Source: Tubulanus polymorphus (taxonomy: Eukaryota; Animalia; Nemertea). From it: a stretch of DNA of 64,000 nucleotides. Under the pieces are notes generated by a model. The model saw nothing but the letters and a program-made list of their open reading frames with translations. It ran no database searches and was not told the origin of the DNA. The stretch is taken from contig NC_134031.1 in assembly GCF_964204645.1 (NCBI RefSeq), positions 15,797,807 to 15,861,806 on the forward strand, in the 5' to 3' direction. The position numbers were made by a program, and so were the translations under genes. Positions within the stretch are counted from its first letter, which is position 1. Each line of letters starts with the position of its first letter. This document shows positions 39,710 through 50,300 of the stretch, in pieces.

Positions 39710-39989
39710 CCCTTTCAGTGCATCTACACTGCAGTGCGGTGTATGAATCGGTGATGAGTTTTGCTAGTACGTCGCACTGCGGTGTATGTGTGTAATTAGA
39801 AATTAGTTTTTATCTCTATTGAAAGATGGCAGCACCTGCCAAACATAGTGAAATATTAGTAACTAACGATACACCGCGCCGACGCACTATAACGGTATTC
39901 CCGTTATCCAACACATTATGGTGTAATTTTTCAAAATTTTCAAATTATATAGACTATAGAGTATTATTGATTGGTCAGCACTGAAAAGG
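39710..39989. mobile_element. piggyBac-like MITE copy in the predicted EFHD 3' UTR
   Basis: TTAA|CCCTTTCAGTGC ... GCACTGAAAAGG; same internal blocks as 2091-2378. Confidence 0.85.
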
Positions 39990-40091
39990 TCAAAATAATA
40001 AAGGTTTTAAAAATACCGCGTATCGCGAGCGACGAAAATTTTGACAGAGCCAGCGAATTCAAGTTTCACCAACTTCCAAGAAGGGTCGATT

Positions 40092-40363
40092 AATACGGGT
40101 TATAGGCCTAACGTTCGTTACCGGAAGTAGGTATCAGTTTTCGCGTCAGCCAACTACATTTCAATGAAAATCCGTCGGTTCAAGTTTCCAGTAAGCATTT
40201 TCTCAAAAAATTGGGAAATCTTGGAAAAGGTGAGTGCGTGTATAGTTTTTGAGAAAATGCATACTGGAAAATTGAACCGACAGATTTTCATTGAAATGTA
40301 GTTGGTTGACATGAAAAAGGTTACCCACTTCCGGTAACGAACGTTAGGCCTATAACCCGTATT
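40092..40363. repeat. Long inverted repeat (~118-bp arms, 36-nt spacer)
   Basis: Arms 40092-40209 and 40246-40363; the outer 37 bp are perfectly complementary. Confidence 0.9.
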
Positions 40364-40469
40364 TCGATTAATTGGAACTAGAATCTATCGTAGACGACAG
40401 TTTAAAACTGAATCAAGTATATAGAGAGAAACGTCCGTTGTTAGAAATATTGAGCTATGTCAGTCAGGT

Positions 40470-43400
40470 TTATAAGCCATCGAAATTCGCCGCTTTTTGT
40501 TTGAACGCCTCTTTCCGAGCCTTCGCCTCTTCCTCTTCTCTCCGACGTTCCTCTTGTTCCTGTTTGATTTCATTTTCGAATTTATTCGAATCGGTTTGAT
40601 CTTTTATCTGTAAAATGCAACATATAGAGTTATAGGAAATGACCAAACCTTGCAGAATCATATAAGCTTTTTACTCGGCACATTTTCTGACATCTGCATT
40701 ACAATATTCCACAAGTACTCAGGGTTTGACTTAAGGAATAAAAGCCACTTGTCTGCGGGACAAGCATATCGCTTGCCCCCTACAAAATCAACTCGCCCTA
40801 CATAGGCAGTCCGTATTGGTGGCGCTATCACCCTTTGCATTGAGTTGGAAAAAAGTTTTAAGACATAAAATTCCCCGAGCCCGGTGGACAAGTGATTATG
40901 ATAACCTACTTGCAATAATGAGAATATACTTGTCCCGGGCATTCGGACAAGTGCTTAGATCGGACCCTGAGTACTATAGCTTAAATGAGGTAATTTCATT
41001 GGTCAACAATATATCTGATATCTGTGATTCTCGAGCTGATTTTGTTGTTGTTATTATATTACTCATCAAGGACATATCATATCATTATGAAAGGGCTAGA
41101 GTACATCCAAAGTACACATGTATCTTTCATTTCCTTCCATCCTGAAAATCAATCTCAACATAACTAAACAAGTATCTTTACGAACTTAATCAATGATTCA
41201 AATAGATGAAAATCATGTTACGTATTTAGAAAATTCTCATTACTTACTTTACACTCGAAGAAGCTCTTAGCACCTTTCACTCCGACTTCCCCGACGTCAA
41301 TCTCGGACAGTCTGACTAAACTTAACAAACCAGAACCTTCTTCCAACTCGCCGAGCTGCGCTTTACGAAATATCAGCAAGAACTGCAAGAATATCATTTG
41401 AAAAAATAAAAATAAAATCTTACTCTTTCAGTGTCAAATCCAACTTCGTGTTCACGCTACGCTATTTAGAATATTCTCAATTCGGTGCATTACAATTTAC
41501 AGCGGACTAAGCGTCCACACTAGTGAAAATTCTGTTCAAAATCGGTCCATTTAATTTTCAACCAACCCAAGCACGTTCAAAATTCTAAAATGGACCCATT
41601 TCACGAGTGTGAATCGAAACTTCGTTTTTCATCGCCTGTCGATCACTTTTGCAAACAACCCACGAATAACAGCTGACCCAAAAGCTTTAGCTCTGGTTTG
41701 GTCTGTTTTAAATTTATCTCAGTCTCCGGAATATAGGCCATATTAGAACGTTGTTAGAATGTGGCTTTATACTCACTTCACGGAAGCTAATTACGCCATC
41801 GTTGTCTTCATCAACTTCAGCTATCATCGATTTCAATCCGATATGCGTTTGCGGTACCCCCAGTTTCTCCATCAATACCTTCATTTCCATTAAATCCAGA
41901 TATTTATTATTATCGGCATCATACCTGCAAATACGAGTTTAAAAATAGAGTTTCTGATTATAGAATCTTAGCTGCCGGTGGGGCGAAGATTTTCTATTCT
42001 AATTTTTTCTAGAGATTTATGTTTGAGGTTTAGGGATGAATTATTAGATCCCCACTTTTACTTATTGCTTAAAACTAACTAATCACAAGTTTTTATTGGA
42101 AATAGATTTGTCTATGCAGCTGTTGAAAAATAAAAAACAATTATCGGAAATTCACATTTATCACCAGTAACGTAAACAGATCATTTTTATATCACGAAGA
42201 TATACGGGAAATTATTCCCCAGACAGTTGACAATAACGAGCAGATAAAAGATTCAGTTACGCAATAAGATTCGCATAATTATGTCACATATCTTTCGAGC
42301 TAAATTCCTGGCACGAAGTATGACATAAACTTCAGCGAAATATTCACCCCGCATGACACGATAAACATTAAAACACATGAACAGATACATGATAATCAGT
42401 TTCTGATGATATATGACGGTGTTACACTATAGATATAAATGATACATGAATATCGGTATGACTTAACAATCAAACATTTGGTCTTCGGACAAACATCAAG
42501 GGCTGGACATTAGAGAGAGAGAGATATGTGTAGCATTTCTGCGCTTCAAATGAAAAAACATTGATAGTGTGGTGTACGCCATATATAGTAACAGCTAATA
42601 CCCACTGTTCGAACAGTTCTGATTCGGTGTCCTCGACGCACGGCGATAGCGGGGACCGTGGGGAGGCGCGGGGACTACGCGAAGGCTGGGCACCGAGCGG
42701 ACAGTCCTTCTTCGACGGAAACCTATAAAATAGACGATCGATAAAACCAGTTCCGCGTCGACCGGCGACTTAAAACAATCAACTGCTCTGTAAGAGGTTT
42801 CCCTAGACGAGTGTCTTGCAGAGGGGTGGATCAAGGGGTGCGCGCCCAATTTTTTCTGGCCGACTGACCCAAGAATTTTCTACTCCCCCCCCCAAAAAAA
42901 AGAAAATGGCCAGGTATCGTGAACATATTTCATTCCTAATTTCAACCAGGAAAGTGCTCAGAATGCGCCTTATTTTTCAAAGTTTTCTGGCCCCTACTTT
43001 TGACGTATTCGTCAATTACAGGCTACAAATAAGTAGTAACCCAAAATTCCATTACCCTTTTCCCAAAAGCTAAATCCACCCCAGGCTTTCAAATTCAAAT
43101 GAAGAATAGGCCACCACAAAAACCAGTTTTGAAAATTGCCAATACCAGTATGCAAAATTCAGTTGAAACACCACTGATCTGTTATTTAGTTTTTCTTCAT
43201 AATTGTGGGTTTTTTCTTCAATTCACTCTGTAGGACTTAGAGATTGCTGGTAAAATTAAACCAAACGCTGTTTTCCAAGCATTTCAAAGCCAAGGAATCA
43301 TAGCAAATTCGCAAGATGTAATGATTGTTTCTTAATAACAATTTACCAACATCTGCAACGAGTGTGCACCAGTAACTAGAGTTCTCTGAATCAGAAATCG

Positions 43401-44907
43401 AGCCTGGCAATTCATGAATCATTCACGAAATCATATTTAAATAATATTTGTGTTTTTATTGGATTGTTTGAACAGGACCCTATTAACCAGGTAATAACCA
43501 GAGTAAAGCGACCGCGTATTTGTTTCTGCAGCTGGGCTTGCTGCGAAAAGGTAGCAGCACATAGACTATTAAAACTCTATCAGATTAGCCTGGCCTATAT
43601 ATTAGTCACGACATAATGAAAATAGAAAAATCATGATATCAACACTTGACCCCATAAAAAGCGCGGAAATGAGCAATAATGCCTAAACCTTGAACTGTGC
43701 TTAAAAAACACAGTCAGGATAAATCACTCATAAAATTATCTTCAAAAGAAAACTTTTAATCTTTCTTTCATGCAAGTCTTATTCAGATAGGTCAAGGCCT
43801 ATCATTAACAGTTCATCTATACAAAGATTAGTCTAATATTAGTATTTCGCCGCTGTTCCCCAAACAAGGGGACTAACAACGTCTGGTATTCAGACTATAC
43901 AAGGATTAACATAAAATATGATGTCTAATCAGGGTCCAGTTCCACAGTTCCGAGTTAAGATTTGAATTTTTATTAACTCATATAAAATTAACTTACTTCT
44001 ACTCAAACTCACCAAGTGGAACTGGGTCCTGGATTTCTCATAGCATGATTAATTTCATTGGCCCCAAATGATCCGAATTAAGTGGATTCTATTGTATTTT
44101 CACCAGCACAACTTAGCATAATATGTCATGGTTTGATTTTATAGACAAACTAATAGGCAAAATTTTGGAGTGAAAACTATTAGGTCTATACCGGTTTTGT
44201 ACAACCCCAGTACATAATGTATGCTTGCACGTATAAAACATTCAGCTAACACCAGTCAACAAGGAAGTTATACCACGGGTAGTTCAGCACTTTCCTCACT
44301 TTGAAAGTAATACAGAGATCATCTGAAGGTCGGGAATTACCTCTGACTGGGAATTACCTTTTTACTACTCAAGACTGTAGGTCAAATGGTAATGAAAAAC
44401 AGTCATCATATTAAAGAGGGACACTTAAGACATCAGTGTAATCAATTTATTCAAACTTATTGTTAGCGTTATTGTTAACATTAGAGGCCTGTTGTTTCCT
44501 GACCTGTAGCTAACTGGACTGTCCTTCTATTAATTTTTAACAGCTTATCGTATCTTCAAAACATCGATAGCTCTTTTGCATATCGATTGTAAATTCTATT
44601 TCATATCTCACCCCACCCTGCCCTAAAACTCCCGTCCACAAATCAAATGTCATCACGCCCAATCAATCCTATCAGCTCTCTGAAGAAATCAAAACATTTT
44701 ATCCCAGCCTTTCATCAATCACATTTTCAGAAACAGTACTTACTTTTTAAACATTTTTTCGAAATCTTTGATTTGTTTCCTGGTAAATTCTTTAAACTCG
44801 ATGTACACATTGTTGACGACAGTTTGAGGAGCCCGCTGTTCAGCTTCGCCTTCGTTTACAGCGTTTCTATGCGCTAATTTCGCTGCTAATTCTGCCGACT
44901 CAGACAT
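40470..44907 (-). CDS. EFHD2: EF-hand domain-containing protein D (swiprosin/EFHD1/2), canonical isoform, 4 exons, ~194 aa
   Basis: Exons 44744-44907, 41777-41924, 41248-41382, 40470-40607. Motifs VYIEFKEFTRKQIKDFEKMFKKYD, LMEKLGVPQTHIGLKSMIAEVDEDNDGVISFREFLLIFRKA, LSEIDVGEVGVKGAKSFFE, coiled coil KFENEIKQEQEERRREEEE..FKQKAANF. Confidence 0.96.
40720..40969. mobile_element. MITE with CAGGG..CCCTG termini in EFHD intron 3
   Basis: AGTACT|CAGGGTTTGACTTAAG ... CTTAGATCGGACCCTG|AGTACT; internal CTTGTC/GGACAAG repeats. Confidence 0.6.
42606..42722 (-). CDS. Predicted 117-nt in-frame cassette exon in EFHD intron 1
   Basis: TTTTATAG acceptor, CA|GTGGGT donor, phase 2-2, stop-free, GC-rich island in an AT-rich intron. 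Encodes FPSKKDCPLGAQPSRSPRASPRSPLSPCVEDTESELFE(Q). Confidence 0.65.
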
Positions 44908-45295
44908 TGTTGTGTGAATCGGGTTACTGATTGCTAAATAACTAACTGTAGTTACCCCAAACGCGGTGGTCGGTAGAATAAACTGCTCTGGAACTTGTTA
45001 CATGTGTGTACACCTACCTCTACACATCTGTGTAGGCAGAAGTTTGGTTTTCGATACGCGCAAATTAAATTTATTTACTTCCGGGTTGCATACTCTGGCA
45101 AGCGAGGTTCTATTGAGAGAACGCGAAACGATATCCACGTCAACCATCAAAACTACCGATTCCAATAATCGGTAAAAATAATTGGTGAATTATTTCCATC
45201 ATAAAAGGGATATAGTAACGTTTCTGATAAAATTTTACTAAAATGTTCACATAACATTGATTTAAATAGTTTGTTAAAACCGTCTCGTTCAGCAT

Positions 45296-45367
45296 TCCCA
45301 TATGGTCTAGTGGTTAGGATTCCTGGCTTTCACCCAGGCGGCCCGGGTTCGATTCCCGGTGTGGGAA
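45296..45367 (+). tRNA. tRNA-Glu (anticodon TTC)
   Basis: 72 nt; acceptor stem TCCCATA/TGTGGGA; A box TGGTCTAGTGG; anticodon arm CCTGG-CTTTCAC-CCAGG; B box GGTTCGATTCC; T5 Pol III terminator at 45375-45379. Confidence 0.97.
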
Positions 45368-45490
45368 CGACATCTTTTTGCAGATACTAACTATACTTCA
45401 TGTTACAAGCTACCATCTACTTTTATGTTACTGAAATAAATTTTTACCTACCATCTACATATAATTAAACCAAACATCCTGTATACTTAC

Positions 45491-45648
45491 TTAATGCAAG
45501 AATCTTTCAATCTCTTCAAGTCCTTCAATGTGTAATGGCGATACTCTTCAGTAGGTACCCAACCATAATCAGTTAACTTTTTATCTAGTTTTCCTTCAGC
45601 GATTTGTTCCTGTCGGTCAAAAGCCTCTTGCAATTCAGGTGAAGCCAT
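45491..45648 (-). CDS. Predicted alternative (duplicated, diverged) first exon of the EFHD gene
   Basis: ATG-initiated, 52 codons plus AA, ending AA|GTAAGT in phase 2 like the canonical exon 1. Peptide MASPELQEAFDRQEQIAEG..EEYRHYTLKDLKRLKDSCIK aligns by eye with MSESAELAAKLAHRNAVNEG..IEFKEFTRKQIKDFEKMFKK. Confidence 0.75.
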
Positions 45649-46512
45649 AGTTGAAATGTAGCAAAAATCATTCGTTAGCCAAATCTATATAAACTTCCTG
45701 GTATAATTCCAAAAAAATGAATAAAATACGATAATGGCTCAGTTAAATCTGTTGTTTATTGGTGAATTGAATTTGCATCTGGCTGTCCTGTTATCTCACT
45801 TTTTAAAAAGTCTATTACCAAAAAGTTACACCTTGCATCAAGTAATTTGAACATTGAATACCAGTAAATCATCTCATAATATATGTAGGCCTACAAGCGA
45901 TCCATGGTTTTTATTCTTCTGTATAACAATAGTTGAAATAGCTGCTTTTCTTCGAGGGAAATTACAAGAATATATCGAATACGAGGTACGATACAGGACT
46001 GGGGGATATATGAACTCGACAGTTGCCTGAGAAATTCATTAAAAACTCAAAAATACATGTACATGTACATCATTTTTTCGAAATAATAGAATGGAATAAC
46101 TTCTAATGCAGTAACTGCTTCGGAATAGCACAGTAAATCCATGAGGCAAAATAAATATCTGGTTACTGAACATTATTGAAATTGTGATGTGTTTCGTGAT
46201 GGAACAGTTTTTAAACACATTTCTATATCACTAATCTAAGCCTCTAAGTTATATTTGTCATATATATTAGATTCAAGATTAAAATTTTACATATAATTGA
46301 CACAAAATATAGTAATAAACGAAGTGGATTTCTTTTCATGAAATTCATTCACGGATTTCGTGAAAACCAATCAGCGAAATTTGAGCCTTGTAAATATTGT
46401 TATTTCTCATGTTTGTCATAAATAATCTAATAACTTACAGATATCGACTTAACATTGTATTAACTTACAAAACATACCCGAAGAATACAGCGGAGAGACA
46501 CGTTGGAAATGT

Positions 46513-46553
46513 CTATGTATGTATGTATGTACGTACGTACGTACGTACGTACG

Positions 46554-46603
<50 letters not shown>
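46513..46603. repeat. Compound microsatellite (TATG)(TACG)(TACA)(TA)
   Basis: Direct read; lies in the predicted USP20 3' UTR. Confidence 0.9.
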
Positions 46604-46607
<4 letters not shown>

Positions 46608-47387
46608 TCATTTACAACACGGTGATAATTTACACGGTATATCGAGAACTTCTTTTTGAAATTTCCAATCGACTTAAAATGCAGAACACGGAATATATGT
46701 ACAATAGATCAATGATTGTAGTAAATAATAATAATAATATCACAGTCAGTGCCTATATCAACACTAACCTATACGTGAATATAATGCCACGTCTTTTTTA
46801 ACGAAAAACTGTGCCAATATCCAGCAATTTTCAGACGAAACATTCATTACCGATATGATATTTTCCCTGTTCGATTCGACCCGATGAAGCTTGACTTCAG
46901 ACACAAGATTTAGATGGATATTCATTTGTGAAAACACAAAAAATTGAACGACTAAGTTTCCATTCAGCGTGTAGAATAACAATCGTGTAAACCTCTATCT
47001 ACCGATATAATTTGATCGTTCTTTCCTTTGTTTTTGTGATATAAATTAACAAGTCAATAGACTATTTTCTTGACACTTGAAATATGTAGAAACTCTTTGT
47101 GTCTTCAATAGTTAACACACGCACACACAAATAACAGAAATAGAGATGCAGGGTTTTACAGATCAGAGAACCCTGTCCCTGATATTTCCCAGACCCATGA
47201 ACCAAAAATTCCTTGTAAGATTAAATCATAAGACATCCTCAGTGGAGGTTGTTTCTTTACGATCATCAGCAAGAACAACAAGATACCCAAAAATTCTAAT
47301 CCCCCAACTTTCAAGCAGAGTCAAAATTCTGTTGTTTTCCCCGATCTGTGAGAACCCTGAAGATGAAAGGTAAAGGGATGATTGTTC

Positions 47388-50300
47388 TTAAGTTTTAACT
47401 GGTTCGACCGATCTCTGTGCCGCGTCTCCAGCTCCGTCTTTAACGTCTGCCGATGTTGTTGTCGTCGTCGTCGTCGTCGATACGGATCCGTTGTCCTTGA
47501 ACACGAGTTCGGGGCCGCCCCCGTAAATGCCGTACAGGAACTGCCACATTTCCACCGACAGCTGTCCGTAATCCGACGTCGACTTCAGCATCTGTACGCC
47601 GTTCTTGGTCATAGCGATCTTTGAATTATCAATCGGGCCCGGCGCATCTGAAATATCAGACGTAGATAGATTGGATTTTAGTTGTCAGATTAACAACACA
47701 TAAACAGTCAACCCCCGATACCGCCTTCCCATATGCTGCCACCCCGCCTACCGCCAGGTTTTCTCAATGTACATCTCTGTACAAATACATAGTAAAACAC
47801 CCCCATATACTCTCTATACTGCCAAAATCCTTCTGCACCGATGTGGGCGGTATATAAGGGGTTGACTCTACTCCATAATATTGTCCCTTTTCTTCTTAAG
47901 TCAGAGCTTTTGTAACTGCGAAGATTTTTCAGACCTAAGAGTGATCTCCGAGTCATCATCTTTATTAAGTGTCATAGAAATATTTCAACATCCGAGTTCA
48001 AGTAGGACATACCAGGACCCTCACAAAGAACAATATAAGAGAGGTACCGGTACTTTAAGTACCGTACATACATCACAAAACTAAATATCTAAACTAAGAG
48101 GCTGTCTGTATAAAGGCATATGGCTATCTTTTGATGGTACAATAGAATTCGGATCATTTGGGACCAACAGAATTCATTTTCTTGTACGTTAATGAAAAGA
48201 TGGACTGCAAATTTCGTGCGTATAGACCAAATCCGGATTAAGCCAATCCAAATAAAGCGCATTAGACTGCAAATAACATGATATATGTTAAACGGTTATT
48301 CAAGGTCATCGGATCCGACTTGAGCGGAGTCTGCCCCGGAAATATCGTACTCACCATCATCTTTGCCTCGGACGAAGTTTTCCCAGTCCTTAAACCATGA
48401 CATACTAATAGTATAGATCACTTCAGGGTCGGCTTCATTACGAAATTCGTCGTTCAACTGAAAAATTATCGAAACAATTCATTAATACAATGCACCTCAG
48501 GGTTGAATCTAATTCGCTCATTCTCCGCGTCAATGTTACACTTACTTTAATGAATGTTTCCATTTCGAATTTTTGTCGCTTTAGCAATTTTTCGCTTTCC
48601 TCCTCGCACGTCTTACAAGGATACAGATGATTGACGGGTGGCCCGCCTCCAAATCTACACCGAAAACATACATATTCAAATTTTGCGTACTCGAATAGTC
48701 GGCGAATGTTTCGAATAAACGAAAATCTAAAATACCTTTCGTGTAGGAATTCCCAGACGTTCTGGGTCAGCGGCGTCACCAATTCGTCAACGTATTGAAC
48801 TTTAGAAGGTGGCACTCCGCCGTGTCTGCATAGGAAATCGTGGTTGCTGATCGGTCCAGGCTCGGCGAACGTGTTGAACTTATTTATCCATTGTTTGGAA
48901 ACGTAAAACTGCATGAGGCTCTCCTGAAAACGCAGCAGACGTTTAAATGAAATGAAACCCGAAAAATTGAATCATTTTTTAAAGTTGGCGGTTAAAAGAC
49001 TTATATTCTGAGAAGCTTTCAATTGATTGATGAGTAATTCTTAACAGCTTTGAGATTTTGACAATGTAAAGTGCTTTTAAGTAATAAATTATTATTTATA
49101 ATATAAATAATTCAAGGTGACTATTAGAATATAGTCGAAACATTGAATCAACTAGCGCATTTTCAGACTTTATATAATAACTTATTCTTCGTGGGATGCT
49201 CTACATATTATTGTCATAACATGGATATAGTTTTATCAATGGTCGCAACATGGATATAGTAAAAAATACACAAAGAGGATGTATTTTTGATAAAGTGTTT
49301 TATCAATGGTTAATAAATTGTAATTCTTGTCATTAATTCATGAAATAATTGCAGGAATCAGTTTTTCCCGAAGCTCGCTGTCAGTACCTCTCTCATTTCC
49401 ATCAGTTCCGACGCTTTCTGACGTAACGGAATCATCGCGTCGTTTCGTTTACGGTAGAACAGAACATACGCCTCGCAGCTATCGACGGTCGGTTCGTCGA
49501 CCTGCGTGACGTACTGGTCGTCGAACTCGTACCACTGATCGGATATCATGTTCAAACTGTACGACGTGTAGTGACCTCCGCCGGCCGTACCGTGATGACA
49601 GATCACCGCTATCAGATCGTAAACAGTCACATCGGATACGCAATCTATTCATATAATAGAAATGTTTACGTTATAATTACAACAATATTCCAACAATTTC
49701 ATGAATTCTCAAATTTTCCCCAAGTATTTCTACTTGGACTGGAACCTTGATGTGGTGAAGTAGCTCGTGCTTGTCGAGAATCCTAAAGGATATTCTGGTA
49801 GAAACTTACTCCCGGCATGTCTAACCAGGCCAGAGAGGTCAAGAGGTAATAGACAAATGTCAGTCCACTGGTCCCCCAGGTTGGGGGTTTAGCATAGGGC
49901 CGACAACCCTATCTTGTAAAAACATAATTGTTAAGGAAACTTCGATGAACTTAAGATAAAGAAGAAGTTTGTCACGGCTTTATGTCCCAGAAGGGATGAA
50001 GAGTATCAAGTGCAAGATTTCCTGGGTGATTTTTCCATTCTCCTTAGTTGAGCCTTCATAAAAATGAACAGATACCATCATAATACGGGTTTTTCGACAT
50101 TTTGGTAGTGACTGGTTGATAAAGGTAATTTTCAAGAAAAATTGCTGAAGAAAGTTGTATGGCCCCATGCCACGCGACGTGTAAAAACCATTTTCCAAAT
50201 ATTTCCTTGATTAGAGGAAGATATGAACATATTTCTGCACTGGAAAATATAATTTAAATTTTTTCCCAATTTTCCCCAAGTGTTTCCAGATGTTAGTGTT

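Noticed and set aside
43234-43335. + strand acceptor and short ORF inside the EFHD intron (similar at 39300-39411), suggesting an antisense nested gene
   Set aside because: No recognisable protein and no coherent exon chain.
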